DNA of 60,974 nt, filler included, from Basidiobolus ranarum (GCA_040143965.1; 10 parts of 10 records of this genome joined end to end with filler, not necessarily neighbours in it), one strand, 5' to 3'. Shown: positions 1 through 12,137, counted from the whole stretch's first letter. A program made the numbers and translations. The notes: generated by a model not told the origin, from the sequence alone.

Positions 1-1455
1 GTCGGAGTCTTTAATCAAAGACCTTCTATTTCTTCGAATGATCTGGCTTTAAATTCTGTTGCTAACAATTATTATGCTAAACAACATTCTGGACGGGTTG
101 ATACTTCTGCAAATATGTCTACTATGGACTCTTTGGACAAATCAAACAAAACTGGACTGCTTTCGAACACCAGTACGGCTATATCAAGCGCTGCTGCTGC
201 CATTACATCCGGTGTAGGATTGTGGCTTTATGGAAATAATAACATTATTGAGAATGAAATGGCACGTTTGTACCCTACCGTACCTTCTAACATCCCAATT
301 GGTAAATCGATCATACCAGAACTCGCCAATGTCGACCTCTCTTCAGCTTATCCGATTGTTCGTTCAGATATCCTGATGACTGACCAATCGACACAATATT
401 TCGTGGATAAACCAGATAACGCTACAGTTGCTGCTACTACTCTTGAAACTGATGAAATGCCAATCCCAGGTGCATACGTGGACAAAAATGAAGAGAAACA
501 GAGCGGCTTGGAAAATCAGAAATTACCTCTTCATTCCGAGGGCGATGAAAAAACATATTTCGCTGGTCAATCTGACCCGCCACACATGTTCAAAACCGCT
601 TTGGGGACTGCGGGAGTCGTTGGAGCTGTCGCTGGTGCTGGTTATGCTTATTACAAATATCGTAAAGAATCTGGTCAAGATACTACTAAAGCAGAAGAAA
701 AGTTCTGGATTCTTCACAGACAGAAATCACTGGAAGATATCGTGGAACATCGTCCGCCCCCAGCAAATGATCCTGATCAAATCACTAAAGATGAAGCAAA
801 CTTTTGGATCGAGCACCGACGTAAATCATTAGATGATATCCTACAGAACAAGCCACTTCCTGCAACCAAAGAAGTTAAGAAAGTAGCAACTGGAAGCAAT
901 TTAGCGCAAGAAAATGTTCCTCTAACGCTGGATAGCTCTCTCTACTATGTTCCATTAAAGGAATCGAATATTAACCAGACGTCAGTCCTTGGGCCAAGAC
1001 AAAGAGCCATTTACCAAGAGCTAAACTCCAAAGTAGAGACAGAATCAACGCCAATTGTTTACTCTAACAACGAACCACAGGCCCATCATCAGTCAACAGT
1101 ACAAAGCACTACCAAAGTACCTCCAATGCCACAATTGGCGGAGGATTATATCAGGAATACTCAGCCCACAGGACCCAATACATACAAAATCCCAACACTA
1201 TCCAAAAATAACGAAGAAGTATCCATATTAACCCAGCATTCTGGAACTACGACTGAAGTAGTATCTGCAGGAAAAGGGAAGAATCCTGAACATAATTATC
1301 CAGAAACCGACAGTGAAACTAATATCACAGATCCGATGCAGACAGACATTCAAAAAGTCCCCAAAAAAGGCACATTTAAAAGAATTACTCGCACTGTACG
1401 TAAACGATTAAACTCATTACTAGGTGGGCGTAATCAAGCCGAGGCAGCTCACTAA
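1..1455 (+). CDS. Hypothetical membrane-anchored low-complexity protein, probably 5'-truncated
   Basis: Frame is open from base 1 through ATG115 to the stop at 1455; TM-like LGTAGVVGAVAGAGYAYY followed by KYRK; duplicated FWIxHRxKSLxDI motif. Confidence 0.65.
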   Translation, partial: VGVFNQRPSISSNDLALNSVANNYYAKQHSGRVDTSANMSTMDSLDKSNKTGLLSNTSTAISSAAAAITSGVGLWLYGNNNIIENEMARLYPTVPSNIPIGKSIIPELANVDLSSAYPIVRSDILMTDQSTQYFVDKPDNATVAATTLETDEMPIPGAYVDKNEEKQSGLENQKLPLHSEGDEKTYFAGQSDPPHMFKTALGTAGVVGAVAGAGYAYYKYRKESGQDTTKAEEKFWILHRQKSLEDIVEHRPPPANDPDQITKDEANFWIEHRRKSLDDILQNKPLPATKEVKKVATGSNLAQENVPLTLDSSLYYVPLKESNINQTSVLGPRQRAIYQELNSKVETESTPIVYSNNEPQAHHQSTVQSTTKVPPMPQLAEDYIRNTQPTGPNTYKIPTLSKNNEEVSILTQHSGTTTEVVSAGKGKNPEHNYPETDSETNITDPMQTDIQKVPKKGTFKRITRTVRKRLNSLLGGRNQAEAAH

Positions 1456-3099
1456 TAAGCCAAAAAGCAGATCATACATTTAGAATTCTAATATATTTCA
1501 AATTTGCTTAACAATTCATTTCTGCTATTACATTAACCAAGGCCCATGTTCATGCTGCACATCTGTGTTGTCTTCTACACCTTTACTAAGCCATAGATGA
1601 ATATTAGTACCTCAAGTTCAAGAATTGCTAAAAGTCGAGAACCATGCTTACAAATAATTTACAAATAAAATCTGTGAATAATATCCAGGCTCCCTCGGCA
1701 TGATCAGCGACGAAATGAAAGCAATTCATTAGCATACGAAATCTGCTAAGCACCTTTTGTGTGCGAAAGCTTATAGATAACAACCATTAACCAAACGGCA
1801 CAATTAAATAAGTTACATATCTTCAAAATAAACAGGATTTAATACTGAGAAACCAGTACCACAACCGCCATCACGGGCACTAGTCATCCTCAAGACTATA
1901 GGTGTATAACTTAGATAGTATTATCGTGGACGGCATCCTACCTGCCGGGTTTTCCAAGAAATGGGGCTCATCAGTACAACTCATAAAGATTAACTGAAAT
2001 TGTGAGGTAACTTAACCATAAATATGACTTGTTGAAAATTAGAATTTCAAGTTCACGCCAACAGTCAATCAATATTCACTCACTATGCTTGAGTTTTGAA
2101 TAGCATGTGATGATATAGCAACCAGTATAGAAACATATTGCGCAAGAATCTAAAGCCAATCCTATGAGAGTTATCTAGCTTCAATCGATATGCAGCTCCT
2201 GAAATGACCCACTAGTACACGGAGTTCGTGAAGGGAATGACGTAGCAAGGGTTTTTCATAAGATATTAATGCCAAGGGAAAATTTACCGCTATATCAATA
2301 ATCAGGCGGTGACTAGTCAGATGTAGCTAATGGTATATCCCAAGGATAGCTGGCCAGTTATGTTAAATCCATCATCACAGCACATAGGATGAGTCGCGAA
2401 ATTGTTCTGCAGCAGATCTACAATCCAGTTATTCACATGGCAATAGTCTTTCTGCATATGGCAATCCAATTAATCACGTGATAGGCTATATCTGTATTGA
2501 CTGCTTGTTGATCGACTCCCATTAGCGTTAATCAGGATCTGGCGATCAGTGAAAATTGGTGATCTAGAACTGTTTGTCATAGTGATCGCATTCAAGGGAG
2601 TTTGAGGTGCATCATTCCGGATCCTGCAATCGTGCTTCAGATGATCAATGCAAATATACTGATCCCATCGTGTCTTGTCCACATGCTTAGTGTTGGTATT
2701 GTGCGTTTCAGAGACACTGGGTGCAAAATGAATGCATGATCTGAAGCAACTTTTATACGCCAACTCTATTATGTTTGTCTCAGAAGCAATTACATTGTAT
2801 CAGTTGTCCATATGGACACACAGGAACCGAAAGACAGGATTATCAATGCTATTCGTCCAAGGCCACATGGTTGCATCATCTTGCTATTTATGAGCAAGGG
2901 TGGAATCGTCTCCACTCTGTTGGAGAATGTCATTGTATTAATACACAACAATATGGTTGTTTCGTTTTATTTGGCCATAAGGAGTCTCACATCCTGAGCA
3001 ATACAGATGATTGGCCGAATAGGATGGCAGGCTATATATTAGAGAGATTGCTGACAAAAATCCAAACCAAATTCAAACCTAATCCTTGCTGCCGGTCAG

Positions 3100-3690
3100 T
3101 TGTTCATCGGAACTATGGTAGTGGCCAAGCTAGTGCAAAAGTCAGCCGCGATAGATCTTCAACATTCGGTCATTACGAAGGTTTCGCATGATCATCATGT
3201 TGAAAAAATCTCTTTTTCCACTGACAATTGTGATATTCATAATCCCAAGTCTTTCAAAGAGCCCTCTCAGTATCTAACCTCTCCCAGTAGGAAACTAAAG
3301 ACCAACGTATCACAACGAAGTCAAGTGAAATTTCTTGGCTATGACCTCGAGTCCAACGCATCTATTCCCGACATAGATGATGCTTCTCTGGAGCCTTCTT
3401 CACAACGGACACAATCTACCTCTCGCGCAGTCACTATTTACACTATTGATCGCGACTTCGATCAAACCTGCTTTGCTGATAAAAAAGCGACCAAAGCAGG
3501 TGGCTACTGGGATAAGACTCGCGGCACAGTCAAGGTACACACCTTGAAATGTATCTACCTCGAATTTTTACTAAATTGCTTACAGCGGACATTAGGTTTC
3601 ATCTTTCATAAAAAGAAGTGGCGCATAGATGGTCAATATCTTGTCACTCTAGGCCAACATAAAATCCGTGCCAGCACAACTCAGGGATAA
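3100..3690 (+). CDS. Hypothetical protein with a possible C-terminal CsbD/Hmp1-like motif; 5' structure unresolved
   Basis: 196-aa ORF; removing the 51-nt candidate intron 3535-3585 (GTACAC...TACTAA...TACAG) gives GGYWDKTRGTVK-RTLGFIFHKKKWRIDG. Confidence 0.4.
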   Translation: MFIGTMVVAKLVQKSAAIDLQHSVITKVSHDHHVEKISFSTDNCDIHNPKSFKEPSQYLTSPSRKLKTNVSQRSQVKFLGYDLESNASIPDIDDASLEPSSQRTQSTSRAVTIYTIDRDFDQTCFADKKATKAGGYWDKTRGTVKVHTLKCIYLEFLLNCLQRTLGFIFHKKKWRIDGQYLVTLGQHKIRASTTQG

Positions 3691-3981
3691 ACTTAGCTTA
3701 ATGAACTGATTCTCGCACTACCAGATCCTAGGCATAACCACCCTCTTTATTCGATGTATATATATACACTGACCAGTCAGGCACTAACTTCCTGCTATTC
3801 ATAGAGCAGTTAGGAGCATGTCATACGCCGAATTGTGTCAATAGAGTATTTTAAGCTTAACTACACGTTAGTCGTTGAAAGAAAATGGTTGAGTCAATTC
3901 TCATACATCGTATTGAGTTAAAGTAAACCAAATAAATATATGCCAATGCTATACTGTAACCCTTACTCGAACTGACCATAT

Positions 3982-4950
3982 TCATACTTGCACGTTATCT
4001 TGATCTTGAAATGCTGTCAGACGTTCAATCACTTGCTGATGCTTGGTATTGCATTGGTCAATAGGCTTCTTCCTGGTTTTGTGATTGAGGTTTCTAGCGT
4101 CACGAAGGTTTTGAAGATCTTGGTGATACTTTGAAAAGGAAAGGGCCAAGGTACACGCATAAGCATAGTCCAAAACCTCACTGAAATTGATGACTTTAGA
4201 TTGAGATGATACAAAGTATTTACCATTAGAGATATTTACCTTTCTCTAGCTTTGACTCGCTCCTCTAATGTTTCTAAACAAGTGGGTATCCCCATAACCT
4301 GATAAGAGGCTTCAACTAAGATGCTCCATAAGTGGATAACGAATTGACGCGACTACATTACATTGTTTAGAACGTGAGGTTAGCAATGGAGGCCACATAA
4401 CTTATTGGACTCCTGTGAGTAGATTAAATTTACCTTGAGCTCCGTTAGCCCCCATATTTTTAGCTTGTCTTCTATGTCGTTGGGTACGATGTGCGTTAGC
4501 TGAACCAAAGCAATGAGGGTCTCCGAAAAAGATTCTAAAAGCGGCGACCGTATGTCCAGGCGAAATGCCTACTTATGAATAATTATTTGTTAAAGACATG
4601 AAAAGGGATCCATCAATAACAATACAACACATACTGCTTGAACTAATAGATACATGTAAGGTCGTATTCTACGAAAATTAATTCGCTCTCGACCTAGTTT
4701 GACTTTATATATATTGGGGATCTCTTGGTGCATAAGTTCTTGTATTTTTTGTTTACAATTCCAATTATATCTTTTCATACGCTTTATGGTTTGCTTACTA
4801 AGCTTTATGAAATCTCCTTCATTTAGCTAACCTATGTTTAAACATATCAAAAGTAATCTCTTAACTAACCAAATGCTTATTCACTTGTATCTCCAATCTA
4901 CTGGTGGATTGGTCGTATCTAGCTCGCGTAAGTTGCAACGCCTTGTCCAT
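3982..4950 (-). CDS. Five-exon hypothetical protein, ~234 aa (exons 4950-4885, 4826-4635, 4568-4434, 4352-4240, 4180-3982)
   Basis: Four GT-AG introns of 58-81 nt join the pieces into one stop-free, phase-consistent frame; no recognisable domain; an upstream exon is possible. Confidence 0.6.
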
Positions 4951-6022
4951 GGGATCAATATATGAACCTATTCATCAGATCAGTATTCTAGCCTTTAAAT
5001 AACGTGTTGAAAAGGGTGTACCTATCGTAGGTTCGAGGAATACATGAGAGAGGATATACATTCTAAGTTTGATACATCCGCTTGCTACAGAATATATCTA
5101 AATCAATTTGAAAAATTGGATAAATAAATAGGATAATTACGCAAATTTTAAGATAAAAAATACTCCATTTTCCTCGATCGTTAAAGTTAAATTTCATAAT
5201 TGGTTTTAATTAATAAGTACCATTTCGAAAAATCGGCCACAAATGACCGATTACAAAAGAATAATTTAAACCATCAAAAGCATTTTTCTCAAGCCATCCT
5301 TTATAATAGTAGCTGTTTAGTATGTTCTTAACGTTCCTATCAATTTTTGTATAAAAAAAGAACTTTTTTCTTACAAATATTTCGTTTTGTAATTCATCGG
5401 TTTTACAAAAAAGTCAATCGTCCATTTGTGGCCGATCATAAAAATATAAAAAAGAATAAAAAAGCTGTTTTTTAAAATGCAAAGACTACATAAATGTAAA
5501 GTTTAGTACCTTTAAAATTACTTACATTCTTTTTTTTGTTCAATTCTTCAACAAAATGATGAACATGGCAGCTTGAACACATCACATATACATCTTTTTA
5601 AAACTCGTTCAGGCTTCAATCCCTACTGTACACAAAGCTTGCAAGTCTGTCTCTTGCGCTTTTAAGGCCCAGCAAGGACCACATAAGCATGCGCTCCTTT
5701 TGCGTACTTCTAGGGTATATTACGCCTGCTTCGGTTGGTTGAAAATTGTTCTTCATGTTTTTTACTTTCTCAAGCAAAGAGAATCCAGGCCTGCTTTTAA
5801 ATTCGGATATCCGTGCAGACAAAGATATTATGACCAATGTGATCCGTCTTCGACATAGCAACAGAGCTGCCACGCTCAGGACGAAGGCGCTGGATGTTAT
5901 CAGCGCAAGGCATTTCCCGAGGCCAGTACATCCTCTTGGTTACCTGCATGATTGGATGTACATGGTACAATAACATACTAGTCACTCAAAGAATCCAAAG
6001 GCTGAGGAACATGGGCTGGGCT

Positions 6023-6122
6023 NNNNNNNNNNNNNNNNNNNNNNNNNNNNNNNNNNNNNNNNNNNNTTAATTAATTAANNNNNNNNNNNNNNNNNNNNNN
6101 NNNNNNNNNNNNNNNNNNNNNN
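6023..6122. other. Artificial contig linker (N44-TTAATTAATTAA-N44); identical linkers at 12138-12237, 18252-18351, 24365-24464, 30475-30574, 36580-36679, 42683-42782, 48785-48884, 54882-54981
   Basis: Nine identical 100-nt spacers with stops in all six frames; the segments between them shrink monotonically from 6022 to 5993 bp. Confidence 0.98.
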
Positions 6123-6356
6123 TTGACATTTATAGTTTTGTCAAGATGTAAACAAACTAACATGTAGAATGTGTTAAGAAAGGTCCCAGGAACATGTGTG
6201 CAAAGTTTGGGGCTTCTAGCACAAGTTTGAAAAGTCTATATATCTGAGATCTTCTAAGTAAATCCCTCTTGAGGTGATATCTTGGTAAAATATGGAATAG
6301 CTAAATACTAAGCTATATATGACTATATAGGTGCATAGGTTATGCTAATTTCAACA
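6123..6356 (-). mobile_element. Copia LTR, family 1, cut by the contig start
   Basis: Begins TGTTGAAATTAGCA on the minus strand; aligns with the LTR at 58053-58378. Confidence 0.85.
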
Positions 6357-6782
6357 CATGTGTCAAGAAAAGATACTTGAGCAATGAAGTAAAAGCTAAC
6401 CTGCAGTTCACAATGCACGTGATTGTTTCAACCAGATTCTCGTTTATTTCGAAACCGTACGGTTTGGTTAGACTTAAAAAACCTAGCGCTGATTCTCAGT
6501 AGCCATAAATGGCTATTTTACCCATTATAAAGAAATGTTTGAAGTTACTCAACGTTCTGCTTCTAGATCGTCAACTTGTTACTCCATGTTCTGCCTCTGG
6601 ATTATCACTTGCCAATACGCTTTATGTGAAATAGTTCATCTCAAAGCTAGTCCTACCTAGTGATAGCCACTAAACATCCATGTTCTTTAACCCTAACCCT
6701 GACTTGTGTATTACTGGCTACCATGATGATCAAATCCGTGATCTAATCCTTTGATCGTAGCTGAATGTGATATCATAAAATT

Positions 6783-7017
6783 AGGGTTACTCCATCTCCG
6801 TGTAACGGGAGCATCTGTCGGGTAAAAGATCACAGCGTAAGGTATGAAATAAGTAACAATGAGATAACAGCATAGAGTAAGAAATAAGTAACAATGGCTT
6901 GAATTATATACTCTAATAAAAGTCAACGGGGATCAAACATGTATTTGACTCTAAATGTTACTTGTCCGCCACACAAGTATATCTACTGGGTTATTCACTT
7001 TTCTCATCTGGTGCTGC
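6783..7017 (+). repeat. Diverged direct repeat; second copy at ~10319-10553
   Basis: Shared colinear blocks CTCCATCTC.GTGTAACGGGA and AGTCAACGG...TCAAACA.GTATT.GACTCTAA...GCCACACAA.TATATCTA...TCTGGTGCTG. Confidence 0.8.
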
Positions 7018-7388
7018 CTCCATTGGGTAATTGAACTTGCTCTAACCTGATTACAAACCACTATTCTACTCACTATATTAACTCACATACCTCGCTCATC
7101 ACGACTTCAGTTGTTCAGCAATCAACCTCGTTATTTAGAGAAATTTCTACCCGCCCTACTTAAACTTTACCCGCTCTAAATTTTACTGTCAACCAAAAGA
7201 GTGTTTTTATGTTGCAAGTACGGGTGTGGAGGGAGCATACACACAAATTAGGAGATAACGCCAATAATCCACGTGAGCAAATGCTCAATCAATGCGACCA
7301 TAAGTTGAAGCTTTTTAGATATTACACTCATGATGAATATTCCTCGATAATAGCTCCAAAGAATCGTCAAGAAGTCAGTTTTAATGGT

Positions 7389-9077
7389 ATGCTCTCAAAT
7401 TTGATAATGCTCTTCATATTCCTTTCTTTTCCTTATATCGTGGTTGCGCGGCCCGAAGGAACAGTGGAGGTAAACACTAAGACTGTTGGATTAATCTTTG
7501 CAACTGGTAATTCGGAAATGATTGCTATTAGTCAAACTTTATGGACCCTACTGTCGGCTATACTTGGGTGGCTTCTAGGTACAGGACTACTTTTGATATT
7601 CGCGTCTTTGGTGGTGATTATGGCTCATAAGGCAAGGGCAGGACACTATGCTGTAGTAGTAGCTGGCGCTATATCAGCTGCTGGAGTAATTGGTCAGGTC
7701 AGGCTATTGAGAAGTCTACAAGCTAAGGGTGCCGTTATGATAGTGGCATTTTCCTTGGTATTGGTCCCTTATATTGGAGTTATTGGAACATCTCTACTTG
7801 CTTCAAAATCTGGAAAGGCAGTAAAGAAACAAGTACTGGAACCATTCACAAAGCCAGATAAAAAATGGACAGCCGTTGACTGGGTAAAAGCTGACGCTGA
7901 TTTATATACTCTTTCAAACCCTGAAAAGCAGCAATATAACCTGAACCTAGCTGGATATGGCTTGCGTGCAGATACAGATGTGTTAAAGGTGAGTTTAGAA
8001 ACTGAACCAGGAAATGCCGATATATACAGCAAATGTGGATCCTTTTTATTACACTTTCGGAAAGAAGGAAAAGGAATGGCCGACGTAGCGGAAAAGGTGA
8101 ATGGTCAATGGGTGTTGACCACCAATAACCAAACTAATGGACCTTGGGCGGCATCCTTGAACACTTTAAAGTATTGGATTGGAACGGTACGGTTTGAGGA
8201 AATATTACAAACACGAGGTGTCATCAGCCACACTACAGTACCAAATCCAAGTATTGGCAACCCAAAAGTAGCTTTGTTCGGAGCTTTGTTACCCTGGGAG
8301 GACGTCCGAGATATATTGGGATACCGAGTATTGGAGCAATTCCCCCCGGAAAATGATTATTACTATTTGTATGGTAGTATATGCTACCACCACGAGTCAG
8401 TGTTAACGGAGCAACCTAAAGTGATTGAATGGTATAAATTGTACGACAGAACGTCTCTAAAGCTACCCGCATTAATAGATGAAATGGTCGTCAAAAAGAT
8501 GTATGCTGCAGGTCATGTAGGCCAGGCAGTGGGAGTAATGTGGACTCTTAACAATACTGAAGCAGTGTTAGATCTCCAACGTGAGTATGCAAAGAGGTTG
8601 AGTCATAGACTTGTAGCAGGACTTCCAGGTCCGGTTATTTGGAGATTGTCAGAGGCGCCAGTAGTTGTAGTGAGCACAGTTGGTCTCATCATATTGACTG
8701 CATGTGCGGTGACCATTTTTGCACTTGGAATGTCAATTAGGTACTATGCTGGGAAAAAAGCCGAGTGTCGGCCAGTATTGTGTGCTGAGGATATGGCAGC
8801 TCGTGCACTGGCTCCCAACACGATATCTTGTGCAGGAGCGATGTCAAAGCAGAGTGTTCCCACGAGCAAGCGCGGTGATATCCGAATATTACCAGTGAAT
8901 AATTGGCCATTGAAAGTTACAGATAATTTCACTAGTGACAGACAAACAGTAACACTTCTCCATCTAGCTGCCTGGTATGAGGACGTTAGGAGTAGCATTG
9001 AACTTGGAAAAACTGCAGCTAAACAATGTGGCTTTGAAGAATTGGATGATATGAATATTAAGCCAAACAAATACTAA
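7389..9077 (+). CDS. Intronless multi-pass membrane protein of unknown family (~562 aa; ORF is open from 7209)
   Basis: Signal-like MLSNLIMLFIFLSFPYIVVA, about 3 N-terminal TM helices, a ~350-aa soluble region and one C-terminal TM helix. Confidence 0.75.
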   Translation: MLSNLIMLFIFLSFPYIVVARPEGTVEVNTKTVGLIFATGNSEMIAISQTLWTLLSAILGWLLGTGLLLIFASLVVIMAHKARAGHYAVVVAGAISAAGVIGQVRLLRSLQAKGAVMIVAFSLVLVPYIGVIGTSLLASKSGKAVKKQVLEPFTKPDKKWTAVDWVKADADLYTLSNPEKQQYNLNLAGYGLRADTDVLKVSLETEPGNADIYSKCGSFLLHFRKEGKGMADVAEKVNGQWVLTTNNQTNGPWAASLNTLKYWIGTVRFEEILQTRGVISHTTVPNPSIGNPKVALFGALLPWEDVRDILGYRVLEQFPPENDYYYLYGSICYHHESVLTEQPKVIEWYKLYDRTSLKLPALIDEMVVKKMYAAGHVGQAVGVMWTLNNTEAVLDLQREYAKRLSHRLVAGLPGPVIWRLSEAPVVVVSTVGLIILTACAVTIFALGMSIRYYAGKKAECRPVLCAEDMAARALAPNTISCAGAMSKQSVPTSKRGDIRILPVNNWPLKVTDNFTSDRQTVTLLHLAAWYEDVRSSIELGKTAAKQCGFEELDDMNIKPNKY

Positions 9078-9322
9078 AGATGTACTAGTACTATCACACT
9101 ACTTCACCATTTCTTTTTACTTCTTGACTTCGTTAAACACGGATATACCCCCAAAGCTATTATCTACCTTCGACACACTTACTACACACAGATATATACT
9201 TAGCTTTTCTACATACCAATATACGCCTACTTCAAATGTAGCTAATTGAGTAGCTTTTGGTGTCTATTCAGAATAACTCCTACTATCACTAGATTAAGTA
9301 GATCATTATTGTTGAAAACTGT

Positions 9323-9397
9323 CCTAACCCTAACCCTAGCCCTATCCCTCATTTACTTGTACCGCTCCTGGCCCTCATTTACTTGTACCGCTCCTGG
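9323..9397 (+). repeat. Degenerate (TAACCC)n tract followed by two perfect copies of a 26-nt unit
   Basis: CCTAACCCTAACCCTAGCCCTATCCCT, then CCCTCATTTACTTGTACCGCTCCTGG x2 (9346-9397). Confidence 0.85.
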
Positions 9398-10567
9398 GCA
9401 TGAACCTGATTCGGAACTTGAAATTGCATCTTTGAGAGCCACTTTGTATCAACTAAGGTTATGACCCCCACCTTATGCTAATTGCTGAAGTTTCAGAGCC
9501 CGATCTAATTCCCCACCAGTATTCAAAAAGTTGTGGATAGAGTTTATCTATAATCGGTGTAGTAAATGGCGCAGGCCAGATATATTGCTAACCAACAGGA
9601 AAGAGTTGGCCACAGTTAAATTGACTGCTTTGCCCCATTCATTTTGCCAAGATATTTCTGAAACTCCGCATACATAATCTGCACTTATAATCAGTACTTA
9701 CTTATAATCTGCACTAGGTGATGATTACTACATCGCTGCACTGGTAGAAAAATTACTCTAGAAATTAAGAGGAATTTGGTGTACGGCCTGTGACACATAA
9801 TCAGAATTGAATGCAAGTGCAATTATCCAACAACCATACTCTTTATATATAGATATATCCATGAGAATTAAGAATTAATATTTGAAATGGAGTTAATTAC
9901 TATTCTGACTATCCCCAATACAGTACGGGTAGGGGGAGAAGAAAAAGCACCAAGTGGCTTAAAGTTCCCTTAGTTATATACTGGCTATTAATACAAACAT
10001 ATGTATCTCCATGATTTTACTTCTTTAGCATATTTAGTAATATATTCATTTTGTTGCTATAAGGACAGTACAGAGTCAAGATGGTGATATTTATAGAAAT
10101 AGCAACATTGAATGCCTTGTGTATGTTGACCTAGCTAGACATTTATTAAGCAATAAGTCCGGTAAACAAGATAATAAAAACTAATAACAGCAGTGACATT
10201 GTCTACCTTTGAGAATAGTCGATAACAAAATCCAAAGGTGGACTGTCCAAATTGTGATGATAACCAACCGTAATGATCTAATCTTCCGATCCTACCTGAA
10301 TTTGTATCATATATTTATGGTTCTCCATCTCTGTGTAACGGGAACACTAACTAACTGGAACACCAAGAACCACTGAATCATCGTTCGGCAAAAGATAAGG
10401 TAAAAAGTAATATTGCAGAGTAACAGACCAGTCTTTCATATAGAAGAGCAGTCAACGGATTTCAAACACGTATTGGACTCTAATTGCTACTTTTCAGCCA
10501 CACAATTATATCTATGGATATCTTGCGCTACTCACTTTCCTCCTCTGGTGCTGTTCGCACTGCCTGT

Positions 10568-10827
10568 CTAGTGTGTCTCAAAGATCATCACATTCCCATT
10601 CCGGTCTTCATTCCCAAGCCTAGTATTCACCAGCACTTACAGAACACCAAGCCTAGCCTCCTAGCAAACCAACTCTATAGCAAGTCACTGCTACTTTCCA
10701 GACTCATATTAATCAGTTCAGCTCAGCTAATATCTCCTGCTTAAGTAGTTCTAAGATTCTGAACTTAACTGTTTCTTTAGTTCAGTAAAGTTCAAGACTT
10801 TTTATCACTTTTCTTTTGGACATAACA
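10568..10827 (+). mobile_element. LTR-like repeat, family 2, 3' part
   Basis: Homologous to ~60138-60440; both copies end in CATAACA after an AGTAAA poly(A)-like signal. Confidence 0.65.
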
Positions 10828-10972
10828 GAGCCCCTTTCTATTGCCAGGGACTGTATCCCAAAGCTTCTAAAAGCATTGTGATCAATCTTATTATAATTTT
10901 GATCAATGGATTACAGAATACCTTCCATTCCTGTCTTGTTTCTGCAGAAGTTGTTAAAGTATTTTGGGAGCC

Positions 10973-11256
10973 TGTCGGAAGGGGTTTGAAGAAATAGAGA
11001 AATTGGTGGCTTTCACTTATTGATTTATTGAGTATTCAGTTGACATTTATAGTTCTGTCAAGATGTAACGAAATAATGTGTAGAATGTGTTAAAAAAGGT
11101 CCCAGGAACATGTGTGCAAAGTTTGGGGCTTCTTTGAGAAATCTATATATCTTCAAACTTCTAAGTAAATTCCTCATGAGAATAATGGGAGATATCTCAG
11201 TTCAATATAGAATAACTAAATACTAAGCTAGTGTTTAGGCAATGCTAATTTCAACA
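10973..11256 (-). mobile_element. Copia LTR, family 1
   Basis: TGTTGAAATTAGC...CCGACA; matches the other family-1 copies. Confidence 0.85.
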
Positions 11257-11562
11257 ATTGCGCATTATAATTAACTAACAATATAAAGTGGTAGTAGGTC
11301 CAATGCCTCGGTAACACCCTAAATCATTATTGACAAAAGTGAATATCTGAAGCTGTGTAAGCAATGAGGGGGAAACATGGCAAACATTAAGAATTTGATA
11401 CAAAAAAAGGTAGTGGTTGAAGCGACATCAAAAACTAACTTTTCTTTTTGAATAACTTTCTTTATTTTTCCGTACGTTATGAATTGAGTACAAGAGACAC
11501 GAATAATAAATTGACATATACTACTATCACCTAGTAAGCACTTCGCAAACGTTAAAGCTATA

Positions 11563-12137
11563 TTATAAACTTTTGATAACCATTTCCAACTCTGTCGCAA
11601 TATTCTCAACATAAGGTGATTGCAACATGGTGGCATGAGATCCTTCCCCTGATTTAGTGATATACTTGCCCTCAAAGAGTGTTGACCATTTATCTTGCAA
11701 GCTGCTAGTATCCTCGACATGGTCAAACTTCTCAAGTAAACATCTGAATTGACACACGACACCAGTATACTTATTAGGCTGATATTGTCGCATATGGGAA
11801 ATTCGATTGAGTGCGCTAGTTAGCAGTTCCAGTGTTACCTCATCTCTGGAGAAATTGGTACTCAACCCAAACAGATCCCGTATCATATGAAATTCTTGAC
11901 CAGGTATTTCAGTGGATTCATGCATTTGATTCATAAGCTTAATGATCATAGTAGCTAGTGGCATTGAATGTTTCTCATAAAACTCGATTCCAAACAGTTG
12001 GTAAGAGTCAAAAAGGACGACCGAAGGGTGTTTACGGTTCCATGTAGGAAGCTCTTTGCAACATCTCAACTGTGCATCGAGTGTTTCGCTTTGTAGCCAT
12101 TTCCGTTGCCAAACAGTAAAGTCTGCATACTGAATGG
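11563..12137 (-). pseudogene. NRPS 3' fragment: condensation-domain motif fused in frame to the C-terminal half of a thioesterase
   Basis: Frame open from the contig edge: IQYADFTVWQRKWLQSETLDAQL, then VVLFDS, YQPNKYTG, GSHATMLQSPYVENIA; no GxSxG. Confidence 0.75.

Noticed and set aside
6067-6078. TTAATTAATTAA recurring every ~6.1 kb
   Set aside because: Assembly linker; ORFs that run into the Ns are artefacts
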